DNA from: the human T2T-CHM13v2.0 reference genome, Homo sapiens
DNA length: 64,000 nt
Reading direction: 5' to 3' (one strand)
NCBI RefSeq assembly: GCF_009914755.1
Contig: NC_060932.1
The stretch's first letter is position 1, and the number at the start of each line of letters is the position of its first letter. Both the position numbers and the translations under genes were made by a program. Positions 12,522 through 27,073 of this stretch are shown in pieces. The notes below the pieces were generated by a model, which did not search any database, was not told where the DNA came from, and worked only from the letters and a program-made list of their open reading frames with translations.

Positions 12522-14041
12522 TGAAAATACAAGAAAATTCACAGAGCCATCTCAGGAGCCAGGTCTACATTTTCTGCTCTCCCATAGTCGGGAAGAAAGG
12601 AAAGATGAGCATAGCTAGCTGGATAAAAGCAATGGCACCAGTATTAACTGGAGAAGGAGGAACTCGGGAAGAGCCTTCCCATAGGTTTCCTCTATTCCCA
12701 AGTGAGGTTGGGTGAGATGGGAAGCGGGTAGACCTAGTGACGTCTTGCTTCCTAGCTTGTCAGTGATACATGCATATTTATTAAGACAGAAAATATACAA
12801 ACACTGGAATTGGGCAAGGAGCCATGCTTGTGTCTGTTAATGAAATATAATCAATTAATTTTTTTAAAAAAGACCACACTTTCTGACACTCCAGCGTGGT
12901 GTACGCAGGTGGGGGTTGTAAGCCCTGAGGCTCAGAGTGACCCCTACCATGCCCCTTCTGTAGTTTCTGTCACAATCCTTAGTCATTCATAAAATATTTT
13001 TTCTACGCTTAAAATAATAGGAAAACCATCTACCTTCATTGTGTATGATTTTGACAAAAAGTAATGCAACCAGTTTCTAACAATCAACTAGTGCTTTCAG
13101 AATAACATCGCCTTTTTAAGTGCCCACTCCATTGAAATATGCAGAAAACATTTTCAGAAATTTCTTTATTCCAGATCTTTCATAGACCAAGTAAAGATGT
13201 TTGTTTTTTCAAAAGGTTGCTTAATGATCATTCTTTTTGACATTACACGATGGAAAGTCAACAATGTGACATTTGCCATAAGAAAAACAGAAAGATGGGG
13301 CTGAGAAATACAATAACAAGAGCTGCCACTGCAACCGCCAGGAAGTCTGGGATGATTTTTCGGTGCAATTTGTTTCTCTTCGTCTGGCAAAGGTTTTGGC
13401 TTCAGTTTCATGTTCTTTGATTATTATTATGCCTGTCTACTAGTGAGTGGAAACTGCAAGTACTCTCTCTATCTTTCCACCCTGGACGAGTGAAAAGAAG
13501 AAATGAGCCAAAGTCACTCTGAATGGGGTTTAAAAGAAAACTATTCCACTATTGGCTCGAAGGACTCAGACTGGTGATGTATCTATATAGCTCCATTCAC
13601 TGATGGTTCAATTACTTAGTCTCTCCCATGTGTGTCAGGGAAATACCTCAGATGAGCAGTGTGAAGGTGTGGGGCTAAACCCAGAAAGATATATCACATG
13701 CTGTCTTGTAACTAATTTATTCGGGCTAAGCCATCAACTGCCTTTACTGCTGATAGAGTTGGCGTTTCTCAGGGATACCAAAGCTTCTCTATCTACATCA
13801 AAGCCCTCAGTAAGCTGCATTGCAGGGCACCTCAGCCTCAGATGCAGTGGGTGTACAAAACCTTTCTTCACTCGCCAGTGGTCATGAAGAATGGCTGTGT
13901 GAATAATTGTAACTAGCTACAGCCTAAGAGGTTTTCCTTCTGTTTCCCAAGTTTTAAGTTCAAACTGACCTACAACTATAGCCCATACCCTTTATATTTG
14001 GTGACAATATCTACCAGTTTAAGAATGTCAGGATGAATTAG

Positions 14042-14538
<497 letters not shown>

Positions 14539-14539
14539 C

Positions 14540-14775
14540 ATCTCGGTTCACTGCAGCCTCGACCTCCTGGGCACAGGTGATCCTCCCACCTCAGCCTCCA
14601 GAGTAGCTGGGACCACAGGCACAGGCCACCACCCCTAGCTAATTTTTGTATTTTTAGTAGAGACAGGGTTTTGCCATGTTGCCCAGGCTGGTCTCAAACT
14701 CCTGGACTAAAGTGATTTGCCCGCCTTGGCCTCCCAAAATGCTGGGATTACAGGTGTGAGCCATCACACCTGGCC
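14540..14775 (-). mobile_element. AluJ, tail end missing
   Basis: cactgcagcctcgacctcctgggcacaggtgatcctcccacc (J diagnostics). Confidence 0.9.
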
Positions 14776-14776
14776 T

Positions 14777-15062
14777 CTTTTTTTTCTGTTTCTCTTTCTT
14801 TTTTTTTAAAGATAATGTCTTGCTCTGTCACCCAGGCTAGAGTGCAGTGCCCAATCACAGCCCACTACAGCCTCAACCTTCTGAGCTCAGTCAATCCTCC
14901 TACCTCAGTCTCCTGAATAGCTGAGACTACAGGCACAAGCTACCACACCCAGCTATTTTTAAAATTTTTTTGTGCTGGGGGAGACAGGGTCTCAGTATGT
15001 TGCCCAGACTAATCTCAAACTTGGGCCTCAAGCGACCCTCCCACCTCAGCCTCCCAAGTAGC
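14777..15062 (-). mobile_element. AluJ, 5' truncated
   Basis: T-rich tail, then gtcttgctctgtcacccaggc...cacagcccactacagcctcaacc. Confidence 0.88.
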
Positions 15063-15591
15063 TCACAGTTCTTTAAGTCAGAAGTTCACTTGCAAAGTGG
15101 CTGGGTTCTCTGCTTAGGGTTTCATGAGTCCAAAATCAAGGCTTTGGCAGGATCTGAGGTCATCTGGGGCTGGAAACCTCTTCCAAGCCCATCCAGGCTG
15201 TGGCAGGGTTCACTCCTGTAGCTGTAGGACTGAGTCCCTGTTCTCTTGCTGGCTGGCACCAGGCTGCTCTGAGCCCCAAGAGGCCATTCTCAGTCCTTAC
15301 TATGTGGACCCCCATCCTCAAAGTCAACTACAGAAAACTCTCTCACATCAAACTCCTCTCCCTCTGGGCTTCTCTGACGTGTTCCTTCCCAACCTCTAGA
15401 CCCAGATCTCAAGGGCTCAGGACATTCGGTCAGGCCACTGGGGATAAACTCCCTTCCTAAACCGACTGTACCACACGACAAAACCTCACCATGGAGGTAA
15501 GCTCTGTCCTGCTCACAGTTCCAGATCCTGCAGGGCACGTACAGCAGGGTTCGCAGATCTTGGGGGCCACCTCAGAATCCTGCCTCCACAC
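15063..15591 (-). mobile_element. MaLR LTR (MLT1D/E type)
   Basis: cacagttct...gctgtaggactgagtccctg...gggggccacctcagaatcctgcctccacaca. Confidence 0.75.
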
Positions 15592-17470
15592 AAGTTTTGA
15601 ATTTTAAGGAGCCCCCAGTTCCACAGACTTGCCTGATGGCTTCTGCCCTGTGTACAGTGGCAAAACACTGGGCTGAGGTCCGAGGTCTGAGGTCTAAAGA
15701 CGGCTGAGCTCACTCCTTCCGCACCATCGCTTCACCCTCTGCTGGGCTTGGGGCCAGCCCAAGGCCACTCCTCGTGGCCACACAAAGGGTGCTCAGGGGC
15801 CACTGCTCTGAGCTGTCATCTCTCCTTTCCCATGTCACCTCTTTCCGAGTTCTATTTTAGTTATTTGGATGTTACTCATTTTTGTGGATCTTTTGACACC
15901 TTTAATTGCTCTTCTCTTCCCACGCCTATTAAGTTTTCTCACCCTTTGATATTGGCATTAGGAGCATTTTAAATAATTTGCCAAATAATGTTTTACCACT
16001 GCTGTTTTCCGTAAGTTACATTGCTTTGCCTTTAACCCTGGATTAATTTTGCTGTAAAGTGTTAAATAGCATGAAGTTGGGTTATGTTACACACAAGATT
16101 GTAGGGCTTCCTAGATTCAAAGTCTTATTTCTTCATATATATACTGACTAAAAGCAAAGGCAAGTTAATAATGCAAATTTGCTTCGAAGCTCAATGCCAT
16201 CTTTTGGCACACAGCCAGGGTGTGGCTATTCAGCCAGACCCTGAGCCTCAACTCTAAGAAAGAGTTACAACATTATTCCAACACTGAAATTATTTCAAAG
16301 CCTTTATAAAGCTAAAGCACAGAACTATTCCCATCAATACCAGACCAACAATTCTTTAAGCCCTGGCACATTTCATTGGTGTACGTTTTATGTGCCCTGA
16401 AGCTTATATTTGTTCCTGACTCATATGAATAAACAGAGAACTACTCAGTCTTCCTTCTGCTCCTCCCCTACTGTGGGCCTGGATCCAGTGCAGGAAACTC
16501 AGAGACAAGACGTGGCTCTATGACCACACGGACAAAGTGCAGAAGAGCCACATTTTAATGTTTCAAAAAGTCTATCACGGGGTTTTCATCATGTGTCAGT
16601 GGCCTGTGATATCACCTGGGTATGATTTCATTTGTACCTCAGTGCAGAAAAGATAGATGATTCGCACTCATTCTCAAATAAAAAATAAAAATTTCTCCAC
16701 TCACTTTGTTATCTGTCCCCTTGCCACTCACCCCACAGAACTGCTAGAAAACACGAGCTACTTTCCTTAAGACACACTCTAGTGCTGTCTACACAAGGAA
16801 AAGGAGTGCTGTTTGTTCTCCACCTACTTCCAAAGTTCAAATATACCTCCCTGTTGTCACCAAACTCGTCTTAATTGTGTAGTGAGAAACAAAAAACCGC
16901 GAAGTGCCTGCAGTGAACCTTAGCAACAATGAGAAGGGCTAGTTCCAAGAAACGTTTCACAAAAGAACTTAGAGTTTCTATGCCTCTTTCCTGAGTTTAA
17001 AATGGGCACAACTGAAAAGATTTCCTGGAGTTCTGGGGCCAAAAGTGTGAAAATACAGGAGTGAATGAGATTGGCAGTTACCCTAAATCATGCTAAATAC
17101 TAGGAAAGTCTATTCTCTTCTAACTGCAACCCCCCTAATCAAACTGCACCCTGTAGTTCACATGAGAAAATGCAGCTTACCAGGCATCTTAGTTCACACA
17201 AAATAAATTGCCATCCACTCCCCTTAAAAAAGTTAAAGTTTTGTGTTTTGTTTTTGTTTTTGTTTTTGCTTTTCACTTTGGAGACCCCAAAATCAAACAC
17301 GTGGAAAGGGATAAAACACAGGTCTTCCACCTGGCTTCCATCAGGATGATACGGTTGACTTTGAGTTGAAATACATGCAAATTAGGTTCAACTTCTTAAG
17401 ACACTGAAGGAAAGAATCTAAAATGTCTAAAAATTTGCTAAGACTTGGAGACCTTTTCTGCACATCTATT

Positions 17471-17645
17471 TGTGTTGAGCAGAGTAACAGCTTCCTAAAG
17501 AAGTCCGCATCCTAATCCCTGGAAATGAAGACTGCGTTGCCTTGCATGGCAAAGGGCAATCAAGGCTGCTAATCAGCTGACCTTCAGATGAAGGGATTAT
17601 CCTGGGGCATCCAGGAGGGCCCAAGGTCATCACAAGGGTCCTTCA
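17471..17645 (+). mobile_element. MaLR LTR 5' fragment (MLT1D/E type)
   Basis: catcctaatccctggaa...gggattatcctgg...atcacaagggtcctt. Confidence 0.7.
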
Positions 17646-17994
17646 ACCAATGTTAGAATTTATATCATATTCCAACATATGTCCAGATTTTTAAATTATC
17701 CCCAAAAAGTCTGTGGTCAGAATTTTGCTATAAGTAAGAGTTGGTGTGTGTTCTCTGAGATTCACTTTGATAGAATAGTGAGATTTTCCTTGCACTTCCC
17801 ACTCAATGCTGCAGCTCTGCATCCAAGATCCGTGGCTTTCAGAGCTGTACTGTCGGACACAGAGCAGCCTCTGCCCCTTAGGCTCCCAGCTCCCCACTGC
17901 CTGGCCCAGGGGAGGCGACAGCTGGTGTGGCAGGATCCCCTCATGGGCTGCCAAAGAGCACCCACCTCCTTGTATTTAAGGAAAATAGAAATCT

Positions 17995-18295
17995 GCTGGA
18001 GGGATTGGGGAGATGCTGGTCAAAGGACACAAAATTTCAAGTAGACAGAAGGAATACATTCAAAAGATCTATTACACATCATAGTAACTGCAGTTAATAA
18101 CAGTATACTGATTACTTTTTAGTGTTCCTAAGAGAGTAGCTTTTAAGTGTTCACACCACAAAACAAATGATAAATATGTGAGGTCATGCATATGCTAAAT
18201 AGCTTGATTTAGCCCTTCCACAATGTATACACATATCAAAACATCATGTTTTACACCATAAATATGTACAATTTTTACTTGTCAATTTAAAAAAT
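17995..18295 (+). mobile_element. L1MA-type 3' end
   Basis: ggtcaaaggacacaaaatttc...aacatcatgttttacaccataaatatgtacaatttttacttgtcaatttaaaaaa. Confidence 0.85.
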
Positions 18296-18640
18296 ACGTT
18301 GTATTCAGAGCCAAAAAGAAACAAAAAGAAATCATATTCATGGGAGGAATCCAGAACAAAAATGAAGCCAAAAGAAAGAAAAAAGAAAAAGACTCTACGA
18401 TCTTATATATGACTCCATATAACTCTCACCCCCCAAATATTACAAGACCATCTAGGAGACCAACAGCTGTTGCTAAAGAGCAGTCCAGGTCTTTTGTTTA
18501 TTCATTCAACAAACATTGTGGTTTATGATGTTCCAGACCACGATGGAGATGAGAACATGAGTGTTAGTTTATTTTGTTGTAAAGTCTTTCATCAGATGTG
18601 ACATTTCTAGAAACAACCTTATGCGCCTCAGCCAGCTGGG

Positions 18641-18802
18641 CAGCACATATCAAATTTCAGCGTGCACACAAACCTCCCAGGGGCCTGCAAGAAGCACTCT
18701 GATGCAGGAGATCTGGGGTGGTGCCTGAGACTCTGCATTTCTAATGGGCTGTGAAAAGACGTTGAAACTGCTGGTCCAGGGCCTGCAGTTTGAGTAGCAG
18801 GG
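18641..18802. mobile_element. MER5A (hAT-Charlie)
   Basis: ctggggtggtgcctgagactctgcatttctaa...ctgctggtccaggg...tttgagtagca. Confidence 0.75.
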
Positions 18803-19451
18803 CACTAGAACCCAGGACTCTGTTTCATCCACCTCAATTGACTGTTGCTCTCCTGAGAACATTTTATAAAATCCCGAGACAAGATATGTTTCCCCATCAC
18901 CACTGCACAACTATATTACACAAGGCAATAATCTTTTTGGATGTTGACCTTTGTAAGTGTCATACAAAAGTGAATGGCAAAACGAAAGAACAAGGTATAT
19001 TTTCATTTTTGTGTGAGGGAGAGACATATGGATGAGGGAGGTATCAATCTGGAAATACGTTGCCTACAGTCATCAAAATAGAATGACTCAAAATGTCAAC
19101 AGCTCCAAAGCTCTTGAACTGACGAAGCAAGCAGGTGCAGCGTTTGTCAGCAGGATGAGGAAGAGGTGCCTATCATAAACAAGAGACTGGAGGGCTCAGA
19201 AAGAGCTTTCAAGGAAGTAAAGCTCTTTAGCCAGGGCAGAGGTGGGGGTGAGGAGGGCAAGTGAATGCCCTGCGTATGGAAATAAACCAGGCCGTTACTA
19301 ACCCGCCAGACAATAAAGCTTCAGGAGAGTTGGGTTTTACTACCGTATTTCACAGAGCACCGTGCCTGAACTGCTCCCAGATGCGCAGTTCAAGTTCACG
19401 CTCCTCATCTCCCTTCCTACTTTATATGAGGTGATCATATCTTTTACTCAC

Positions 19452-19526
19452 AGAGCTGGAAACGATGTCCTTGAATGTACCAACCATAGACGTTTCTGTC
19501 ATTAAAGCTTGATTATAAAATCTCCC
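19452..19526 (-). other. Candidate 75-nt frame-preserving exon (GRFYNQALMTETSMVGTFKDIVSSS)
   Basis: tttgttcttAG|GGGAGA...CAGCTCT|GTGAGT; one open frame; peptide not recognised. Confidence 0.3.
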
Positions 19527-20436
19527 CTAAGAACAAACGGTGGGGACCGTGCTGGCTTTATAAAAGTTCCATTAGTCCTCCGAGCAAAGTCCCCGTGGCC
19601 AAAAACCAAATCCCTCACACGCAGTGGAGCCATCGCTGACCATAAAGGACAGAGCAGCTATGACCTTTCACACAGAGAGTCACTTGTAAGTGAATTAAAA
19701 GTATCACCACAGGATTAAAATGGTCGCTATGAATCAACAATTTCTGATACACAGATACCACTCAGCAAGCTAAGAAGTTAAGTAGAATAATGGGATTACC
19801 TTATTTAATTACAGATTTGCAAAACATTTCTTTTCAAACCCAGACAACACATCCCTAAAATACTTTTAAAGGTATTTTAAGTACTTATTTATATTTTCAC
19901 TGGAAAGTATTAACATTTCCTGCTATTTTAAAGGAAATATTATACTCTATTGGGAAGGTATTCTCAGCTAACATAAACACACAGTGTGGCTATGCTAATA
20001 AAGTATTTTCAAGCAGCAAAAAATTACCATTTTATGCAGATGATAATGTAATGTTTAACCAATAAAATAATTCCCTCATTTATTATAATAGCTGTAATTA
20101 TAATAGCTGTGTCATCATTAATAGCTATATAATAGCTGTACAGCTATTAATACTAAGGTACGAAATCAATTTAAATTTAGTCAGAACTTTTGTTATTATC
20201 AAAAAGTTATTAAGACTCCTTTTATGTAGAATTTTAATGTGCCCCCAAAGCATTCTAAGTAGTTCAGCCAATTAATAAAGAGCAAGATATTATAAAAGAA
20301 GCCTTATTTTTTTCAAAACTAATACAATGTGTGTATTAGAGTCTTGCCATTTTTTAAGATGTAGAAAAATGTTAGAATAGTTTAAACAGGAGCATGGAAA
20401 GTGTCTTATGTCCCTGATGAAATGCAGTAAATCTGA

Positions 20437-20785
<349 letters not shown>

Positions 20786-20879
20786 TAATCAGTAACATAT
20801 CAAAATAGATATATCACCTGAGATTATTAACATTTTGTAGTTAATATACACATTTAACTATAAAGTTTTAATAAATAAT

Positions 20880-21100
20880 AATAAAGCTGATAACTTTGCA
20901 AGTTTTACCATGTGCCAATAACCATGTTTAGCACTTTATTTTATTATTTGATTGTAAGGTATGTATTATTGTTATTATTATTATCATTGTTATTCCCATT
21001 GTATAAAGAAGAAACCTGAGATGTTACAATATGGCAGTCACTGAATTTGAGCTTAAGTGACTTTGACTCCAAAGTTTATGTGCTTGGCTGATACGTTAGG
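20880..21100 (-). mobile_element. MIR fragment
   Basis: accatgtgcca...tagcacttt...ttattcccattgtataaagaagaaacctgag...tgactccaaagt. Confidence 0.65.
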
Positions 21101-21299
21101 CTTTCTCAATACATATAATTATAACATATTCTTTAATTTCCAAACAAACCAAAACTAGGAAAAATATCACTTTTCTTTTTCTTTTAAAAATGTTTCAAGT
21201 ATTTATTATTATTTACTATACCCACCATGCTGTACACTAGATCTCCAGGACGTACTCATCATAACAATATCACTTACTTTTCAATTTAAAAGATAAACC

Positions 21300-23690
21300 T
21301 AGACTTGGGGATCTAGATGACAAATTAGTCATCCAGATTTGTCTCTTATCCTTCCTGATACCCCACAGAAATGAATGTTAAAACTGATTAAAGAAAAAGG
21401 AAAGAACTTCACATCAACAATTGCAGAGGGCTTGGCAATGAACGATGACTTCACCATATTTCAAGAAAATGAAAAGCAGATGAGAGAGGATGGATGCATG
21501 AAATGCAGGGAGAAAGCTGTGGCCCAGAAGGTTCTGTTAAGAGGCTGCAGAAGAGATGATACCAGTATATCTGACAAACTCCAGTGAGTCTAAGAGTGAT
21601 GGGGATGGTGTAAGCAGAAGTAAACCTGCAGCCGTCCCAGCTGCCTTCATCTCCAACCCAGCTCTTCCAACCACGCCTATAGAGGATGTGAAGTTGGAAT
21701 GTCTACACAGGCAAAGCATGACAGCTGTCCTCTAAAGACTTGTCATTAAGTGTCTGGGAAGCTCCAAGACATCTCATGTATGCATTTCTACCTCCAGGGA
21801 AAAGCCTTCGTATTCTGACATTTGGTAGGGCCTCGGCTTGACTCCTTTCTTATCTGCTTACTAGAAAGCAAAGATTCCTAGTGATTAAACCCTTCTCTAC
21901 TCTGCCCAGAATCTTCAGCCAGAATTTCTACTCAAAGGAGAGATACAGAATTTCAAAAATATCTTAAATATATAAAAACAAAGAAAAGTTATACTTTCTA
22001 CCCAAGAAATCATAAACAGATCATTAGTTATATGAAAAAATAATCTCTAGAAAGAGAAAGATCAAATATATCAATGGAAAAACTGACCCCAGAGGAATTA
22101 GAGTAAATTCAGGGAACATAATAAAAATGAAAAACTAAAAACCCCAAATAATAAAATTAAAAACAGTAGGTGACATATTATATTCACACAATGAGAAAAA
22201 GGCCATATGTAAAATTTTTTTTATTTTATTTATTTATTATTATTACACTTTAAGTTAAAAGTTTTAAACGAAAATAAGAGGACTCTCTGAAAATTTAAAT
22301 ATGGAATTGCCAAAATAAAAATTTGAAGAGAAGCCCTAAAACACAAAGTCAAGAAAAAAGAAAATTTTATATTATGTAAAATAAAAAGACACAAAGACCA
22401 AGAATATGAGATAAAAGATGAGACCAGTCCAAAAGTTCCAATATACAATGAAAAAATCCCTTGAAAAACTGAGAAAGTAGAAAGGAGGAAATGACAATAA
22501 AAGAATTTCCCATAGTGAAAGAAGAGTTGAATTTCCAGACCACAAGGCCCCTAGTGGGCAGCTCAATAAATAAACAATGTGACGACCCACACGCATTATC
22601 ATCACATGTCAGAGCATCACGAGCTCCAGTAGGAAAAATAAAGCCAACTGTAAAGCAATGATAAACACAACTGCATCAGCCTTCTCGCTAGCCACACTGT
22701 TGCTACAAGTTAGTAGAATAGTACCTTAAAAGCTTTGAAGGAAAATATTTTTTTTAACCTAGAATGTTAGCTCCAGCAAAACTTCAAGTGTGAGATCAAA
22801 ATAAAGACATTTTCAGATAGCTGTGGATTCAAGAGGATAGAAAGGTTTCGAGGGTGGGGAGAGATGGAGAAGGACTAAATGGAATGAGTGGTATGATTTT
22901 AGGAAAAAACAATGGGAGATGAACAATCTCTGGGGGAGAAAGGAGGAAACGGCTGGAGTAGGGGAAAGCAAAGAGAAATTCTGTAAAATCCAAAAAATAT
23001 AAACAAAACCATGGTCTAAGTAAAAAGCAATTTAAACTGTGGTTTCATTTGAAGAAATAAAAGGTGTGTAAGAAAAGAGTTCATTTGACCTTGATGCTGG
23101 AAACAATCTCCCTAGAGTGATCCAGCAGTCAGAGCATTGGGCACAGGAAGGTAGCTATGTAGTCCTGGCACAATGCCTCTTGGTCTAGAACAAAATATTA
23201 TTTGTAAGGTTATGGTGACATAAATAGTAAGTAAGAAATAATAAGTAAGAAGTAATAAATAATATAAATAGTAAATCTGTAAGGTTATGATGACATAAAA
23301 TATAAATAGCTTTACTGTAAAAGCAGGAAAAGCTTGGTTGTGACTACAAGATGGAATGCAGACATTCCTCAACATTCTGAAAGTATAAATTGATGAGAAG
23401 TGGGATATGGAAGACAGGAAAACAGAGGAAACAGCAGAGGCGCTTATACTCGTCTTACAAAGCAGGGTGTTGCTAGAGAATGGCGTTATTGATATGGACC
23501 AGAACAGTTCAAATACATTATAGGCAATGTCAAAGTAATCAATAGAAGAACTAAAAATATTTATATATCAAACATTGGGATGAAGAGAGAGGAGAGAGGG
23601 ATAGAATAAAGGTGATTTTTCCTCATTTTTCTTGTTGGTGAGCCAATAGATATTTTCTAAAATTCATAAATAAAAACACGGGGTATGGTA
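21300..23690 (+). mobile_element. Ancient L1-family ORF1 relic (HAL1/L1ME-like)
   Basis: A-rich strand bias; aacctagaatgttagctccagcaaaactt...aataaagacattttcagat at about 22755-22820 resembles the ORF1 C-terminal PRILYPAKL...IKTFSD motif; no ORF2 follows. Confidence 0.55.
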
Positions 23691-23694
23691 TGAA

Positions 23695-24070
23695 TAGTTA
23701 GCCATTAATGACTACTTACTGTATCCCAGGCACTATTCTAGGAAGTTTTATGCATTAATTCCCACAACAACTCAAAGAGAAAAATGAAGAAGCTGAGGCA
23801 CAGAGATGTTAAAGAAACTGCCCAGGGAAACCCATCTGGGGAAATGGTGGAGCCTGGATTCAAATCCACCTCCTCTGGCTTTGAGCATGTGCACTTGATC
23901 AGTGCAGACTTCCTTCTCACAGCAGCACAGACTGTTTCCAGAGTGCCAGGCACTAATCCAATTTCTTTAGATGAGTTGATTTAATCTTAATGTAGACATA
24001 TATTAAGACCATATATATTTAAATATAGATGTGTACCACCATTTTTTTCATTTTACAGATGAAGAAACTG
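23695..24070 (-). mobile_element. Two tandem MIR fragments
   Basis: ccaggcactattctagg...gaagctgaggcacagagatgttaaagaaactgccc; second copy ending cattttacagatgaagaaactgagg. Confidence 0.8.
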
Positions 24071-24287
24071 AGGTGGGCAAACTATGGTCCATGAGCCAGA
24101 TGTGGACTACACCCTGGTTTTGAGTGGCTCACGAACTGGTTTTCACATTTTTTAAGTGTGGAGGAAAGGGAAGGAAGAGATGAAAGAAGGGGAGGAAAAG
24201 GAGAGGAGAAATAAATATCACATGTGGCTCACAAAACCTAAAATATTTTATATCTGATCCTTTATAGAAATGATTTACAAACCCCAG
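24070..24287. mobile_element. MER58-type hAT element
   Basis: ggcaaactatggtccatgagccaga...cacaaaacctaaaatatttatatctgatcctttatagaaa...aacccc. Confidence 0.75.
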
Positions 24288-24479
24288 TTCTCTCAGTTCT
24301 ACAGTTAAGAGCAAGGCAAGTGGATGCCTCAGATAAGGACTGCATCTTTCAGCCTCATTGGAACTAAGGAAGACCATGAGGCTTTGCTTTGAACAAGAGA
24401 AAGCCCAAGCATCGGCAGCTTCTGAACATCTTGGTTCAAAACAGCAGACATGCCCCACCACTGTCCTGTCTTCTTCTAT

Positions 24480-25230
<751 letters not shown>

Positions 25231-25289
25231 CTCCTTCTTCTTTCTCCCTTCCCTTCTTCTTTGCCTTTTATCCTTCCCACTGGTGGAGA

Positions 25290-25458
25290 CGTGGTAGACA
25301 GCCTGTGTCCTGAAGGCTTTGTGGGGTAAAGCTGCCATAACTGTCCTGAACTGCCAACCTTCTAACCTTCGTGTGATTAAGACATGCCTTTTTACCTTTA
25401 TTAATCACTGTATTTTAAGTTTTTGTTTCTCCCAGCTAAACCTACTGCTAACCAATAA
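25290..25458 (+). mobile_element. MLT1-type LTR 3' fragment
   Basis: agctgccataactgtcctgaactgccaacc...cactgtatttt...cagctaaacct...aaccaata. Confidence 0.5.
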
Positions 25459-25770
25459 AATATGATAATGTATTACTCTGACGTTCTGTTAATGTAACTT
25501 ACTCAAAGATGTTGCATAGAGTTTGAGCTTATCCCACCCAGCCATCTAAAAATAGGTCCTCACTCCATATTATAGGGTAATGCTTTTTAAATTGAAACAA
25601 AATGATCATCTTTTCCTATACCTAAGTAGTCATTCAACTTTGTTTTCTGGGACAAATATAAAAGTGTGAGAATACTGAGTGGAAACCAATCTGACTTATA
25701 GGGTTCAAAGCAAAACAAATTTCTGATTTCTAGCACAAATGTGTAGCTCAACTCACAAATCTAGGTTTTC

Positions 25771-26190
25771 TGTGTATCAGTCAGGGTCCTGGTGGGAAAC
25801 AGATGGCACGCTCAAGCCGGGTAATGTGAGGAGTGTTATATAAAGAGACTGCAAAGGTGTGAGCAGGATGTGGGAATCAGTGAGGAATCATGGAATATCC
25901 CAGGCAGAGCAAGGAGGGGGAGTAGGGGGTCAGGGGGAAGGAGGAGGACTGTCTGGAAAGCCCCTAGCAGGGGCTGGAGCTTTTGAGATAGGCACACTTG
26001 TCCCGACAGCAACTGTGCAGGGAGAAACAGAGGGATCAGGAATTCAACACAGCAACTCCACGCCCTTCCTCCTGTTCCACACCCCGCAGGACCTCCCATC
26101 ACAGAACCCGGCCTGAAGTCCGAGGAGGGAGCAGGGTGGGAAGTGTGGGGATGAGCATGGAGGGACCAGGGACAATAGCCATCCAGGTCT
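25771..26190. mobile_element. Old ERVL/MaLR-class LTR
   Basis: Starts tgtatcagtcagggtcc...gaaacagatggcacgctcaagccgggtaat, a typical old LTR terminus. Confidence 0.6.
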
Positions 26191-26648
26191 CCCAAGACAG
26201 AAAACCCAAAGTGTGTGGGTTAAAATATCCTTTGAGGTTCTAACTTAATTAATCATTATGCTCATGAAAAATAACTCCTTGCATTAGAAGCTCTTATTAG
26301 GTATCCCAATCCTTCTATTCTATGACGGACAGAGGGACACAGTGGATTAGAGCACTAGAGACTGTTTCCCAAAAATCTGAGGGGAAATACACTTCTGTGA
26401 CGTGTTTGACCTTGAGACAAACGATTCTGGTGATCTCCTGTGTACAAATATGCAAGGTCTGATTTAGACAGCAGAGACGCCCACAGCTAGGAAATTGTAG
26501 GTCATGGCCCCAAACATCAGAGGGTACTCAAGTACCATCCCTATTTTAATGTGAAATGAGGTACAGTCATCCTTCATTTGGAAACAGCAGCAACTGCAAA
26601 CCAAACAATCCTTTTCTAACTCTTGAAAACTTGTTTTCAAAGTTTTGA

Positions 26649-27073
<425 letters not shown>

